Notes: generated by a model from the sequence alone, not told the origin. 64,000 bases of DNA from an uncultured Bacteroidales bacterium (GCA_964560225.1 CAZLLD010000006.1:10179-74178); one strand, 5' to 3'. Shown: positions 18,946-31,158, counted from the first letter of the stretch. A program made the numbers and translations.

Positions 18946-19722
18946 TTACAGCATAATTGGCAATTTTACATCTAAAATCTCAGGTTCCCCGGGGTAATAG
19001 ATTCGTTCGAGATATAAGCCTGAAGGCGGTGCGGCAAGCTGTGAGGGCCTTTCGGAATAGCGGTTGAGAAAACCGCTGATTTCCTTCTGGGTTAGTTTTC
19101 CTTTTCCGGCATGAACCAGCACCCCGGTGATCCGGCGAACCATCATCCACAGGAAATGCGAACCGATAATATGCAGGGTAATCATATTTTCAGTTTCCGC
19201 AATTTCAAGATGACTGATGTTCACTTTGGTTGATTTTTCTTCAGCAGTGGCTGCGCCAAATGAGGCAAAGTCGTGAAATCCCTTTAATACACCGGCAGCC
19301 ATTTTCATTTTTTCCACCGACAGTTCCTCTTTCACCCACCAAGTATAGGGTTTTCCGAATGCTGAACGTCTGCGCGAAATTACATACAAGTAACTGCGGG
19401 CAACTGCACTGTGCCGGGCATGAAATCGGGGATCGCATTTTTCCACATTCAGGATGTGGATGTCATAAGGAAGCAGTTCATTTAACCTGCCGGCTATGCT
19501 TTCGGCATGCATCTGGGTGGGAGCATCGAGATGGGCAACTTGTCCCAGTGCATGTACTCCGGCATCGGTACGGCCAGCCCCGTAAAGCTCAATTTTCCGG
19601 GTATTGAACAGCTTTTCAGCGGCTCTGATGAGCTCACCCTGAATGGTTTTTACTCCGCTGTTCTGCTGCCACCCGTGGTAGCGCGAGCCGTCGTATTCTA
19701 TCAACAATCGGAACCGGGACAT
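18946..19722 (-). CDS. truA: tRNA pseudouridine(38-40) synthase
   Basis: YDGSRYHGWQ start and the catalytic GAGRTDAGVHA motif. Confidence 0.9.
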   Translation of the reverse strand: MSRFRLLIEYDGSRYHGWQQNSGVKTIQGELIRAAEKLFNTRKIELYGAGRTDAGVHALGQVAHLDAPTQMHAESIAGRLNELLPYDIHILNVEKCDPRFHARHSAVARSYLYVISRRRSAFGKPYTWWVKEELSVEKMKMAAGVLKGFHDFASFGAATAEEKSTKVNISHLEIAETENMITLHIIGSHFLWMMVRRITGVLVHAGKGKLTQKEISGFLNRYSERPSQLAAPPSGLYLERIYYPGEPEILDVKLPIML

Positions 19723-19781
19723 GTAATATTATTTGTGACAAAAGTAGGGAATATTCATACAAAGAAATCTGCCACAAATTA

Positions 19782-22211
19782 CTATTCATATCGCAATGCT
19801 TCCACCGGGTTTCTGGCAGCTGCCTTCCAGCTTTGCCAGCTGATGGTCAACAGGGCAATGCACATGGCCATCAAGCCAGACAGTGCAAAAATCCACCAGC
19901 TTATTCCGGTTTTGTAAGCGAAGTTCTGCAGCCATTTGTTCATGATGTAATAAGAAATTGGAAGGGCAATTACAAATGCCAGGGTCAGCCACTTTAAAAA
20001 TTCGCGGTTAAGCAGTACAAGTATCTCATAAACCCTGGCTCCGTTTACCTTTCGGATTCCAATTTCCTTGGTTCGCTTTGCGAGCATCATACCCATGCTG
20101 GCAACCAACCCCATAACCGAGATTAATATGGCCAATACCGAAAATGCCTGAAATAGCCCCTTCATTTTGATCCATTGTGCGTATTGGGCCTGGTAACGCT
20201 GATCGAGCCAGAAATAGTCGAACGGATTGCCGGCATGAATTTGCTGATACAGGTTCTGCAGTTTTCTTACAACCCGGTCGGGACGGGCACTTTCGTTAAT
20301 TTTAACGGAGTAGTAACCAACGGAATTAGCTGAAAAATGAAATGCAATGGGATATACCTCCAATTCCGGCGATTCATGGAAAAAATTTTCAATTACACCT
20401 ACAATCTGTTTTTTCTGATTGCGCTGTTTCCAGATAACTTCTGTTCCAATGGCTTGTTCAGCATTAGTAAAGCCGAGTTCTCCTGAAAGCTTCTCGTTAA
20501 TAATCAGTTTGTTGCTTTCCATTTCTGCGTTGTATGAAAAATTCCGTCCGGCCAGAAAGCGGTTTTCATAGAGTGGCAGATAATCAGCGCCCACCCAGTT
20601 CATGCGGGGATCAGCCTCATGAATTCCAGATTCATTTTCAAACCGGATACCCTGGATGGAACTGATGAACATGCCGGGGATATATGTTGAGCTGGTTATT
20701 GCCTTTACTTCCGGAATTTTAACTGCTTCCATTCTGAATGAAGCATACAAGCTGTTAATATCCACGTTCTCATCTGAAATAAGCGGTGATTTCACAACGA
20801 GTATATTGTCCTTTTCGAATCCCACGTCTTTTCCCATCATTTCGTTGATCTGTTTGCCGGTCAAAAGTGAGAAACAGATCAGGACAATGGCTGCGGCAAA
20901 CTGAAGGGCTGTCATGTAACTTGCCTTTTGATTTGAATTACGGGCAGCCGTGATGAAGCCATTTGTCTGTCTGTTTCGAAGCATGTTGAATCCCTTTAAG
21001 CCGGTCAGGAGTCCGGAAGCAACAGCGAGCAAAACAAAACCGGAAAGGATGCATCCCCAAACCATGAACTGAGAGTAAGTGCTGAGTTCCAGGGTGATGC
21101 CGAGCCTGTTTTTAAAAATTCCCGACAAGGCAAAACAGATAAACACGGCAGGAATGCAGGCCAAAACATAAATGGCAACGGATTCCATAATAGACTCCTT
21201 GAAGAACAGCAGCCTTTTTGCTCCAAGCACCCGCTTTACCTTCATTTTTCTTTCATCGCCCATGAGCCTTACCAGTGACAGGTTGAAATTATTCAACCAG
21301 GCAATCAGCATGACAAGTATTCCGGCAAAAAGAACCAGGAAGATATTGAGGTAATTGGTATCCGACTCATACTTGTCTTTTTGGCCGCTAAGATGAATTG
21401 ATTTAACAGGATGAAGCTGGTAATCGATCCGGTAACAATCAAACATTTCGGCAATTTTCTGCTTCGCAGCATATTGATCCAGATGTGTTTTCACTTGTTG
21501 CGGGTCCGTGCCCGGATTAAGCCTGACGTAAGTTCTGAAGTTTGCCCATTTCCATGGGTTTTCGGTATAAAGATTGCGCTTCAATAATTCTCCGTCGGGA
21601 AACAGCATATTGATTTTCAAATGCGTATTTACCGGAAGATCATCAAAGACTGCAGTTACCGTATATTTCATTTTATCCAAATACCGGTCATACACCTCCA
21701 GTGTTTGGCCAATGGAATTCACCGTATGAAATATCTTTTCCGATGCCGATTTGGATATGGCCGCTGAATATGGGTTTGCCAATGCATTCCGCGGATCGCC
21801 ATAGATGCAAGCGAAGTTGAAAAATGAGAAAAAATTGGGGTCTGAATAGTACAGGTTTGTTTCATTAAATGATTCCATACCGTTTTTCACCACGGCATCA
21901 CCATATACAGGGTGCAACCTTAGCGTGCTTTCAACACCTGTTATGCCTGCATTCAAAACTTCAGCCGCCATACGGGAAGAAGAGCCTCCTGCTTTGGATG
22001 GAAGCTCACTTTTCGTCTGCAGCACATTCCGGTCAATGCGATACATCCGGTCTGCCCCCGGATAGAACTTATCAAAGCTCAATTCAAAAAACAGGTAATG
22101 AAAAATCAGTATCCCTGCCACCATACTTAAGGACAAGCCTCCGATGCCAATCAGGGAAGTCCCTTTGTAGTGCAATAGCTTGCGGTATATCTGTTTTGTT
22201 TGTATGAACAT
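19782..22211 (-). CDS. ABC transporter permease, FtsX/MacB type (paralog of 14549-16972)
   Basis: 809 aa with the same architecture. C-terminal tail NPVEALRYE. Confidence 0.85.
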   Translation of the reverse strand: MFIQTKQIYRKLLHYKGTSLIGIGGLSLSMVAGILIFHYLFFELSFDKFYPGADRMYRIDRNVLQTKSELPSKAGGSSSRMAAEVLNAGITGVESTLRLHPVYGDAVVKNGMESFNETNLYYSDPNFFSFFNFACIYGDPRNALANPYSAAISKSASEKIFHTVNSIGQTLEVYDRYLDKMKYTVTAVFDDLPVNTHLKINMLFPDGELLKRNLYTENPWKWANFRTYVRLNPGTDPQQVKTHLDQYAAKQKIAEMFDCYRIDYQLHPVKSIHLSGQKDKYESDTNYLNIFLVLFAGILVMLIAWLNNFNLSLVRLMGDERKMKVKRVLGAKRLLFFKESIMESVAIYVLACIPAVFICFALSGIFKNRLGITLELSTYSQFMVWGCILSGFVLLAVASGLLTGLKGFNMLRNRQTNGFITAARNSNQKASYMTALQFAAAIVLICFSLLTGKQINEMMGKDVGFEKDNILVVKSPLISDENVDINSLYASFRMEAVKIPEVKAITSSTYIPGMFISSIQGIRFENESGIHEADPRMNWVGADYLPLYENRFLAGRNFSYNAEMESNKLIINEKLSGELGFTNAEQAIGTEVIWKQRNQKKQIVGVIENFFHESPELEVYPIAFHFSANSVGYYSVKINESARPDRVVRKLQNLYQQIHAGNPFDYFWLDQRYQAQYAQWIKMKGLFQAFSVLAILISVMGLVASMGMMLAKRTKEIGIRKVNGARVYEILVLLNREFLKWLTLAFVIALPISYYIMNKWLQNFAYKTGISWWIFALSGLMAMCIALLTISWQSWKAAARNPVEALRYE

Positions 22212-22419
22212 AAAGTGTCAAATCATCAGTTGAAAGATGCTTTCAATAATTGTTCCAGTAGTTTCAACGAAAAGGTTATCAGTTGTATGGCCAATTTTAG
22301 GCTTGATTTCAATTGTCCATATTTTTACTTGCATGTCAAATTATTTGACGGAATAAGCTGGTTATCGCAAAAACCGGAAAGAATATCAATGAGCCGTTTA
22401 TTCTATTCAAATGAAGCAT

Positions 22420-23568
22420 TTATTTCAACAGGTAGGCCAGGGTAATACCCAGAAAATTACCGGTGGCATAGCCAATGATTCCGATGGTAATTCCTGATAT
22501 GATGATTTCCTTATTCTTAAGGGCATTGGCAACGGTGGGCACAAAAGGCGCCGAGAAGATAAAGGCCGTTGAGGCAATGATGGTGGTATCGGTATCGATT
22601 TTGAACAACTTTGAAAACAGCACCTGGAAGCACATTGATCCGAATATGACCAGGGCAACAAAGGCCGCAAGGTATAGCGATTCAAACGTAAAGATGCTGA
22701 AATCGGCCAGGGAGCCTACGACAATACAAAAAATTACAATCAGGTACATGCCGCTCTGAAACGTTTTGCGAATGTGGTTAACGGCCGGAAGCAGTGAGGC
22801 TGCTATTGATAAGGCAGTAATAGACAGGATGGTGGCCGCGGTTCGGAAATTCTCAGGGAATAACTGGCTGAAAAGAAAAGAAATGCCGGCAATAACACCC
22901 GAAAGCAAAACAGCCAACAGCAGAGGATTCAGAACATCCTTTTTGTGAATACCGCGATAGGCATCCCAGCCGTCAAAATCGTCCACTTCGTTATCTAGCT
23001 TTACCCCGGCGTTCAATGGTTTAAAGACTGGTAATACCCTGTTGAGCAATGGTTGTGCTTTGGTGATCAGGAAGAAGAAATAGGGGATGCAGAGGAGAAT
23101 ATCGTAAGCATTCACCAGTACAAAGGTTTCGGGATTCACGTTAAGTGCCTTCATAATCGATGCCATGTTGGCCGTGGCGCCAATGTATACACCGACCATC
23201 AGTCCCGACACCTTCCAGGATTCCTCAATGTGGCTTTTAAATGCATAATGCCCGATGGCAATTATGAGCATTACCGATATGATGGCGAGTAATATGGCGA
23301 TTCCGGTTTTCAGGGCCAGACGCGACCATTGTTTGATGTTGATTGAGAAAAGCAGCAGGGGCAGGGCCAGAGCAATGGTTATGGAAGTAAGATTTTCCTG
23401 CAGCGGCTTCATTTCGGGTTTGATCAATCCAATATTGCCGAGGATGATCCCGAAAATATAGGCCAGGCCCACAGTTCCAAACTGGTTTAACCAGGCCGAT
23501 CGCTTGCAGCTATAGAGCAGCAACAAAGGCCCCAGTACATAAATGACTGCAACAATCACTATATTCAT
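22420..23568 (-). CDS. polytopic membrane protein (DUF819-like)
   Basis: ~10-12 TM helices. Resembles DUF819 from memory. ATG 23568 (MNIVIVAV) preferred over the ORF-track start at 23652. Confidence 0.55.
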   Translation of the reverse strand: MNIVIVAVIYVLGPLLLLYSCKRSAWLNQFGTVGLAYIFGIILGNIGLIKPEMKPLQENLTSITIALALPLLLFSINIKQWSRLALKTGIAILLAIISVMLIIAIGHYAFKSHIEESWKVSGLMVGVYIGATANMASIMKALNVNPETFVLVNAYDILLCIPYFFFLITKAQPLLNRVLPVFKPLNAGVKLDNEVDDFDGWDAYRGIHKKDVLNPLLLAVLLSGVIAGISFLFSQLFPENFRTAATILSITALSIAASLLPAVNHIRKTFQSGMYLIVIFCIVVGSLADFSIFTFESLYLAAFVALVIFGSMCFQVLFSKLFKIDTDTTIIASTAFIFSAPFVPTVANALKNKEIIISGITIGIIGYATGNFLGITLAYLLK

Positions 23569-23674
23569 CCTGAAGTTTCTTAGACCATGAAGGTATAAAG
23601 AAATGTGACATCCGGTATGATCCGCTGCAGATATCAATAATTGCCTGTACATGCATCATTGTAAGTTTTTTTTA

Positions 23675-23682
23675 TATCTTTG
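23675..23682 (+). promoter_or_regulatory. Bacteroidota -7 box TATCTTTG for tRNA-Cys
   Basis: TAnnTTTG match 15 nt upstream of the mature tRNA 5' end. Confidence 0.65.
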
Positions 23683-23696
23683 CAGTCCGGTAAAAT

Positions 23697-23767
23697 GGTC
23701 TCTTGGCCGAGGGGTTAGGCAGCGGTCTGCAAAACCGTTTACGGCGGTTCAAATCCGCCAGAGACCT
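23697..23767 (+). tRNA. tRNA-Cys (anticodon GCA)
   Basis: Hand-folded: acceptor GGTCTCT/AGAGACC, anticodon stem GCGGT/ACCGT with loop CTGCAAA, T-arm GGCGG-TTCAAAT-CCGCC. Confidence 0.9.
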
Positions 23768-23772
23768 CAACA

Positions 23773-23810
23773 AAATCCCTGGTTCTGCTTTGCAGAACAG
23801 GGATTTTTTA
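23773..23810 (+). terminator. rho-independent terminator after tRNA-Cys
   Basis: AAATCCCTGGTTCTGC-TTT-GCAGAACAGGGATTT followed by TTTTA. Confidence 0.85.
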
Positions 23811-23893
23811 TTTGCGGTGACCGCAAACCTTAGTTTGCAGGGTATTGCAAATAAAAAATACCGTATCCCGCTGACAAGCGGGCAGGGATTTTG

Positions 23894-23992
23894 TTGAGCA
23901 GGACAACCCCAAAACCGCGATCACCGAAGGTAATCCGCTCTATATTTTATTGAGCAGGACAACCCCATGCCGTGATCACGCAGGTAATCCGC
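23894..23992. repeat. 56-bp tandem direct repeat x2
   Basis: TTGAGCAGGACAACCCCA..GATCAC..GGTAATCCGC occurs twice, starting at 23894 and 23950. The GATCAC..GGTAATCC part is the reverse complement of the GGATTAC..GTGATC motif at 3198-3341. Confidence 0.85.
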
Positions 23993-24023
23993 AATTTCCA
24001 AGTAGTTTTTGCTTATTACATAA

Positions 24024-24440
24024 TCAAGCCTTCAAAGCCACCAGCGCTTTCTCACAATCACTCTGCGTCATGTAAAGTACTATGCCATAGCTGTCCTTAA
24101 TATCAGCTATACCACAGGCTTCGTATACATGAATGCCTTGTTGTGAAAGTTTTTCAAAGACACCTGCACATTCTCCCGGCTCATCGCTGTCGCTTTTGAC
24201 GATCAGGGCCGGGTGGGGGCCTTCCATCAGCAGGCCTGCTGCTTTTGCAGCATTTTTCATTTTTTCGGGATCATTCGGGAACACTGAAAATTGTGAGCGA
24301 CCAGGTCCGGCAGGAATTGCCTTAAAAGCCAGCAGGCCGATGCCTGCGTCTGCAAACACGGAAAGCAACTGGTATGCCTTACTCGCGTTATCGTTGATGG
24401 TGATGCTGAAATATTCAGCTTGTTTTATGTTTAAAGCCAT
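24024..24440 (-). CDS. ACT-domain-like small protein (function unknown)
   Basis: Two beta-alpha-beta-beta-alpha-beta-like halves (AYQLLSVFADAGIGLL; CAGVFEKLSQQGIHV). Start is at 24440, or at 24470 overlapping the upstream gene. Confidence 0.5.
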   Translation of the reverse strand: MALNIKQAEYFSITINDNASKAYQLLSVFADAGIGLLAFKAIPAGPGRSQFSVFPNDPEKMKNAAKAAGLLMEGPHPALIVKSDSDEPGECAGVFEKLSQQGIHVYEACGIADIKDSYGIVLYMTQSDCEKALVALKA

Positions 24441-24456
24441 AGGATATTGGTTTTGG

Positions 24457-24639
24457 TTATTTTTCCTCATACTTCTTCAGGCACCTGGGGCACAAACAAT
24501 CCGTATAGGTGTTCATGATGATCTTCATCTCGCGCGGGTTGATCCGCACTTTTTCACACCAGCAGTCGTCATCACCCTGGCAGGTGAAAAACCGGCCGCA
24601 TGCCGGGCATCGCTTTAAAGTCCCCTTTGGTTTTTTCAT
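24457..24639 (-). CDS. cysteine-rich CWC family small protein
   Basis: CPACG..FTCQGDDDCWCEK...CLCPRC pattern in 60 aa. Start overlaps the folB stop by 4 nt. Confidence 0.7.
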   Translation of the reverse strand: MKKPKGTLKRCPACGRFFTCQGDDDCWCEKVRINPREMKIIMNTYTDCLCPRCLKKYEEK

Positions 24640-24992
24640 TTTTCACAAATCACGCTGAACCTGCTCATGTGGCCACCAATGGCAGGATTGAGCTTGGAAA
24701 CGGTTACTTTCACCTTGCTGATTTTGCCCGATGCAGAATACACTTTGTCTGCTATGCGCTTCGCAATGTGCTCCAGCAGCTTTGAGGGGATCTCCATCTC
24801 GGCTTTTACCAGTTCGTAAATATGACTGTAGTCAACGGCATCGTCGAGATCATCTGTTTCGGCAGCTTTGCTGAAGTCGGTGTCAATCACCAGGTCAACG
24901 GCAAACCGGCCGCCTATCTTTTGTTCCTCTTCAAAATGGCCGTGATGGGCGTAGAACTCCATGTTTTCAAGTACCAGTTGTCCCATAAACAA
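24636..24992 (-). CDS. folB: dihydroneopterin aldolase
   Basis: FYAHHGHFEEEQKIGGRF..D.DY motif pattern. 118 aa. Confidence 0.85.
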   Translation of the reverse strand: MFMGQLVLENMEFYAHHGHFEEEQKIGGRFAVDLVIDTDFSKAAETDDLDDAVDYSHIYELVKAEMEIPSKLLEHIAKRIADKVYSASGKISKVKVTVSKLNPAIGGHMSRFSVICEK

Positions 24993-25048
24993 TCTGTTTT
25001 TCTTTAAATATTTTCAAAAATCAATACTGTCTCGTAGGGCTTGCTTTC

Positions 25049-25124
25049 CGTCATTGCGAGGGAGGCACGACCGAAGCAATCTGATGTTCCAGGTTGAGAT
25101 TGCTTCACTACGTTCGCAATGACG
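25049..25124. repeat. nested-palindrome element, inner-arms-only copy
   Basis: CGTCATTGCGAGGGAGGCACGACCGAAGCAATCT...AGATTGCTTCACTACGTTCGCAATGACG. The outer arms are degenerate. Confidence 0.85.
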
Positions 25125-25269
25125 TTCCCGCATCACCAGTCTTTTAAACAGTCGCTTTTCTGGCCTGCTTATTTGTCCTTGCAAAAATAATCTTTTTACC
25201 TCAGAGGTAACCGTGGGCAGTTTTTTTTACTTTTGTTGGTTCATGAATAACATGGCTTTTAATTTTTTA

Positions 25270-26973
25270 ATGATGGAAAGTACAGAGAATAACAAACCCC
25301 TGAATTTTATTGAAGAAATTGTTGAAGAAGATCTGCGTTTGGAAAAGACCGGGAAAAAAATTCAAACCCGCTTTCCACCGGAACCCAACGGATACATTCA
25401 TATAGGTCATGCCAAGGCGATTTGTCTCGATTTTGGCATTGCCCGCAAGTACAATGGCAAGTGCAACCTGCGATTCGACGATACCAATCCCGTTGCAGAA
25501 GATGTGGAATATGTGGATGCCATTAAGGAAGATATCCGGTGGCTTGGATTTCAGTGGGAAGGGGAAGCCCGTTATGCTTCGGATTATTTCGACCAGCTTT
25601 TCGATTGGGCTGTGTTGCTTATCAACAAAGGAAAAGCCTATGTAGATGAATGCACGGCAGAGGAGATATCCGCCAATAGGGGAGTTCCCACACAGGCTGG
25701 TACCGAAAGTCCGTACCGCAACCGCCCGGCTGAAGAAAACCTCGATTTGTTCATGCGCATGAAGAACGGTGAGTTCCCCGATGGTTCCAAGGTACTTCGG
25801 GCAAAAATCGACATGACCTCGCCCAACATGCACATGCGCGACCCGGTTCTGTACCGCATCAAGCATGCTCATCACCACCGCACCGGCGACAAATGGTGCA
25901 TTTACCCCATGTACGACTGGGCCCACGGACAGTCGGATTACATCGAGGGCATCACCCATTCATTATGTACCCTTGAATTCGAGGTGCACAGGCCGCTATA
26001 CGACTGGTGCCTCGACCAGATTGCCGACGGCGAATACCGCCCCCGGCAGATTGAATTTGCCCGCCTGAACCTGAACTACACCATCATGAGCAAGCGCAAG
26101 ATGCTGCAGCTGGTTAATGAAGGTTTTGTAAGCGGCTGGGACGATCCCCGGATGCCCACCATTTGTGGCTTGCGTCGCAGGGGCTACACCCCCGAGTCGA
26201 TCATCAACTTTGTGGAGACCGTGGGGATTGCCAAACGAGAAAACATCATCGAATTTACGCTCCTCGAACATTTGGTGCGTGAAGACCTGAATAAAAAGGC
26301 CCTGCGTGTGATGGTGGTTTCCAATCCGGTTAAGGTAGTCCTTGAAAATTACCCCGAAGACCTGGTTGAAATGATGGAGGCCGAAAACAATCCCGAAGAT
26401 GCAAGTGCAGGCACCCGCGAAATCCCCTTCTCAAAGGAACTTTATATCGAGCGCGACGACTTCATGGAAGATCCCCCGAAAAAGTTTTTCCGGCTTTCAC
26501 CGGGCAACGAAGTAAGGCTGAAAAACGGGTATATCATCAAATGTACCGGAGTTGACAAGGATGAAGCCACCGGAGCGATCAGACAGATCAATTGCACTTA
26601 TGATCCTACCACGCGGAGCGGACTCGAAGGAGCCAACCGCAAGGTGAAGGCCACCATACACTGGGTATCGGCAAAGCATGCATTGGATGTGGAAGTCAGG
26701 TTATACGACCGGCTTTTCCAGGTTCCCGATCCCGATGACGTGGAGGAGGGGAAGGACTGGAAATCCAGTTTGAATCCCGACTCACTGAAAGTTATTGTTG
26801 CCAAGGCTGAACCAGGACTGGCCAACGTCAAACCCGGTGTAAAATACCAGTTCCAGCGCACCGGGTATTTTTGTGTGGACAAGGATTCGCAGCCCGGCAA
26901 GATCATCTTCAACCGCACGGTGACGCTGAAGGATGACTGGGCGAAGATCCAGGAAGGAAAATCCAAGATCTAA
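25270..26973 (+). CDS. glnS: glutaminyl-tRNA synthetase
   Basis: Class I HIGH ([13 protein letters not shown]) and a KMSKS-equivalent (IMSKRK), plus the GlnRS anticodon-binding beta-barrels. ATG 25270/25273 preferred over GTG 25213. Confidence 0.95.
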   Translation: MMESTENNKPLNFIEEIVEEDLRLEKTGKKIQTRFPPEPNGYIHIGHAKAICLDFGIARKYNGKCNLRFDDTNPVAEDVEYVDAIKEDIRWLGFQWEGEARYASDYFDQLFDWAVLLINKGKAYVDECTAEEISANRGVPTQAGTESPYRNRPAEENLDLFMRMKNGEFPDGSKVLRAKIDMTSPNMHMRDPVLYRIKHAHHHRTGDKWCIYPMYDWAHGQSDYIEGITHSLCTLEFEVHRPLYDWCLDQIADGEYRPRQIEFARLNLNYTIMSKRKMLQLVNEGFVSGWDDPRMPTICGLRRRGYTPESIINFVETVGIAKRENIIEFTLLEHLVREDLNKKALRVMVVSNPVKVVLENYPEDLVEMMEAENNPEDASAGTREIPFSKELYIERDDFMEDPPKKFFRLSPGNEVRLKNGYIIKCTGVDKDEATGAIRQINCTYDPTTRSGLEGANRKVKATIHWVSAKHALDVEVRLYDRLFQVPDPDDVEEGKDWKSSLNPDSLKVIVAKAEPGLANVKPGVKYQFQRTGYFCVDKDSQPGKIIFNRTVTLKDDWAKIQEGKSKI

Positions 26974-27065
26974 GATCCAAGATATAAGAACCAGGAACCA
27001 AGACCAGGAGCTGTGGCAGTAGCACCAGCAGAAGCAGGGGGTGCAGGGTAGGGGTTATGGAAGCA
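26929..27065. repeat. glnS 3' end plus heptamer/hexamer/G-rich composite (copy 1 of a direct repeat)
   Basis: Consists of 14 glnS codons and the stop, 7 heptamers (26961-27009), GCAGNN hexamers (27016-27039) and GGTGCAGGGTAGGGG. Repeated at 41670-41785 and 41879-41905. Confidence 0.9.
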
Positions 27066-27104
27066 TCAGTGGCACTGAAAAGAGGCAAAGGAGAATCGGT
27101 TAAA

Positions 27105-27578
27105 TCATTCGTCTTCCAGAAATGACATCTGCCTGTCTATCAAAACATCCAGGGAGATAAAGGTTTCTGTTCGCGAAATGCCTTTAATAGACTGGATTTT
27201 ATCTGCCAGTACCTGACGCAGATGTTCATTATCGCGCGTATAGACTTCAATAAACATAGCCCATTGACCTGTTATGTAATGTATCTGTGTTATTTCGGAA
27301 ATTTCAACCAGTTTCTCTGATACGTTATTAAAAAGAGCTGCATTGTCAAGGAAAATGCCAACAAACGCACAGGTTTTGAAACCCAGTTTTTTCGGGTCCA
27401 CGTTAAACTGCGATCCGCTGATGATGCCCAGTTTGGTTAACCTTTGCACGCGCTGATGAACAGCTGCACCTGAAATATCACATGCCCTGGCAACTTCCAG
27501 GAACGGAATGCGTGCGTTTTTAGTAAGAATTGAAAGAATTTTCTTATCCAGGCTGTCAATTTGTAAGCTGTTTTTCAT
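27105..27578 (-). CDS. Lrp/AsnC family transcriptional regulator
   Basis: N-terminal HTH (LDKKILSILTKNARIPFLEVARACDISGAAVHQRVQRL) plus a C-terminal RAM/AsnC_trans_reg domain. Confidence 0.85.
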   Translation of the reverse strand: MKNSLQIDSLDKKILSILTKNARIPFLEVARACDISGAAVHQRVQRLTKLGIISGSQFNVDPKKLGFKTCAFVGIFLDNAALFNNVSEKLVEISEITQIHYITGQWAMFIEVYTRDNEHLRQVLADKIQSIKGISRTETFISLDVLIDRQMSFLEDE

Positions 27579-27782
27579 TTTCTCAAGGTAAAAGTTAAAT
27601 ATATTAATTATTTACCTAATTCAGATTTATTTCTGAAATCAATTTCAACGGAGTTCTTTAATGCCAATTTTTATTCCAGGCAGAAATACAAAACTAGTTT
27701 TCCGGAGATTGAAAAGATTCAGGTAGGTTCAAATAAAAACATCATGCCAAAGCAATTGTTTGCCGGGGCTTCAATACCAGCT

Positions 27783-29438
<1,656 letters not shown>

Positions 29439-29490
29439 TTATATTCCGTTTTCATATGATTATAATGAAGCAGAAAGTACATGCCGGGAT

Positions 29491-31158
29491 CTACAGGTAT
29501 CTTTTTTCGTGTATGCTTACTGAGCGTCCGGAAGGTTCATTCATATTCTTAAAGGCCGCATCCCATTCCAGTGCGATGGGTGTACTGCACGCCACGGAAG
29601 GAACTGAAGGCACACACCGGGCAGCCGTATCGGATGGAAAATGAGTATTAAAAATAGTGCGGTAATAATATTCTTCTTTATTCAGCGGAGGATTTATAGG
29701 AAAGGTTTCTTTTGCTTTCGCCATTTGTTCATCGCTCACCATGGAGCTTGTCAACTCCTTTAGTGTATCAATCCAATTGTAGCCCACGCCGTCAGAGAAT
29801 TGTTCTTTTTGCCGCCATACAATGCTTTCGGGTAGCATATGCTCAAAGGCTTTGCGCAGGATCCATTTTTCCATTTTTCCATTTTTACCTGTCATTTTAT
29901 CGTCAGGGTTCAATCGCATGGCCACATCTATGAATTCTTTATCGAGAAACGGAACGCGTCCTTCCACGCCCCATGAAGCCAGTGATTTATTAGCGCGCAG
30001 GCAGTCATATAAATGCAGTTTATCGAGTTTCCGAACGGTTTCCTTATGAAATTCCTCGCCATTGGGTGCTTTATGAAAGTAGAGATAACCCCCGAAAATT
30101 TCATCTGCTCCTTCCCCGGTCAGCACCATTTTAACACCCATTGATTTTATGACACGGGCCAGCAAATACATGGGGGTGGACGCACGAACTGTTGTTACGT
30201 CGTAGGTTTCAATGTGGTATATGACATCCCGTATGGCATCAAGTCCTTCCTGAACAGTAAAATGGATTTCATGATGAACCGTTTCAATATGCCCGGCCAC
30301 TTTACGGGCAGCAGCCAAATCGGGAGAACCTTCCAGACCCACGGCAAAAGAATGCAACTGTGGCCACCAGGCATCCTGTGTATTGCCACTTTCGATACGT
30401 TTAGCGGCGTATTTTTTTGCTACGGCTGAAATGATTGAGGAATCCAATCCTCCTGAGAGCAAAACCCCATAGGGCACATCAGACATCATCTGACGCTGCA
30501 CGGAGGCTTCCAGGGCTTCTCTCAAGATCTCCACGCTGGATGAATTATTTTTTACCGCGCCATAGTCCATCCAGTCTCTTTTGTACCATCGCACCATTTT
30601 GCCTTCTTTACTGGATAAATAATGACCCGGTAAAAATTCCTCAATTTTATTACAATAGCCTTCCAGGGCTTTTAACTCGGAGGCAACATAAAATACACCC
30701 TGAGGATCCCATCCGATATACAGCGGATTAATTCCGATATGATCACGCGCAATCAAATAACTGTCATCTTCTGTGTCATACAGGGCAAAAGCAAATATCC
30801 CATTCAAATCTTCGAGAAAATCAGTACCCTTATCCCGGTACAGCGCCAATATGACTTCACAATCTGACTGGGTAAGAAACTCATACTGATGCGCATATTT
30901 CTTTCGGTATACCTGATGATTGTATATCTCACCGTTCACGGCGAGCACCAGTTTGCCATCTTTGCTGTAAAACGGCTGCTTGCCTGAAGCCGGATCAACA
31001 ATAGATAAACGTTCATGCGCCAGGATAGCTTTGTCACCGCAGTATATGCCTGACCAATCCGGTCCCCTGTGACGAATCCGCTTGGCCATTTTCAGCGCCT
31101 GGTTGCGCAGTTCGCGGGAGTCCTGTTTTATTTCAAAAATTCCGACTATTCCACACAT
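29491..31158 (-). CDS. asnB: asparagine synthase B (glutamine-hydrolysing)
   Basis: MCGI N-terminal nucleophile and the SGGLDSS PP-loop. Confidence 0.95.
   Translation of the reverse strand: MCGIVGIFEIKQDSRELRNQALKMAKRIRHRGPDWSGIYCGDKAILAHERLSIVDPASGKQPFYSKDGKLVLAVNGEIYNHQVYRKKYAHQYEFLTQSDCEVILALYRDKGTDFLEDLNGIFAFALYDTEDDSYLIARDHIGINPLYIGWDPQGVFYVASELKALEGYCNKIEEFLPGHYLSSKEGKMVRWYKRDWMDYGAVKNNSSSVEILREALEASVQRQMMSDVPYGVLLSGGLDSSIISAVAKKYAAKRIESGNTQDAWWPQLHSFAVGLEGSPDLAAARKVAGHIETVHHEIHFTVQEGLDAIRDVIYHIETYDVTTVRASTPMYLLARVIKSMGVKMVLTGEGADEIFGGYLYFHKAPNGEEFHKETVRKLDKLHLYDCLRANKSLASWGVEGRVPFLDKEFIDVAMRLNPDDKMTGKNGKMEKWILRKAFEHMLPESIVWRQKEQFSDGVGYNWIDTLKELTSSMVSDEQMAKAKETFPINPPLNKEEYYYRTIFNTHFPSDTAARCVPSVPSVACSTPIALEWDAAFKNMNEPSGRSVSIHEKRYL

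Noticed and set aside
14549-22211. Two FtsX/MacB permeases without an adjacent ATPase as a novel transporter system
   Set aside because: Stand-alone multi-copy FtsX-type permease genes are commonplace in Bacteroidota genomes, and nothing in the sequence distinguishes these.
25267-25959. 230-aa ORF antisense to glnS
   Set aside because: It is a shadow ORF, and glnS on the opposite strand has unambiguous class I synthetase motifs.
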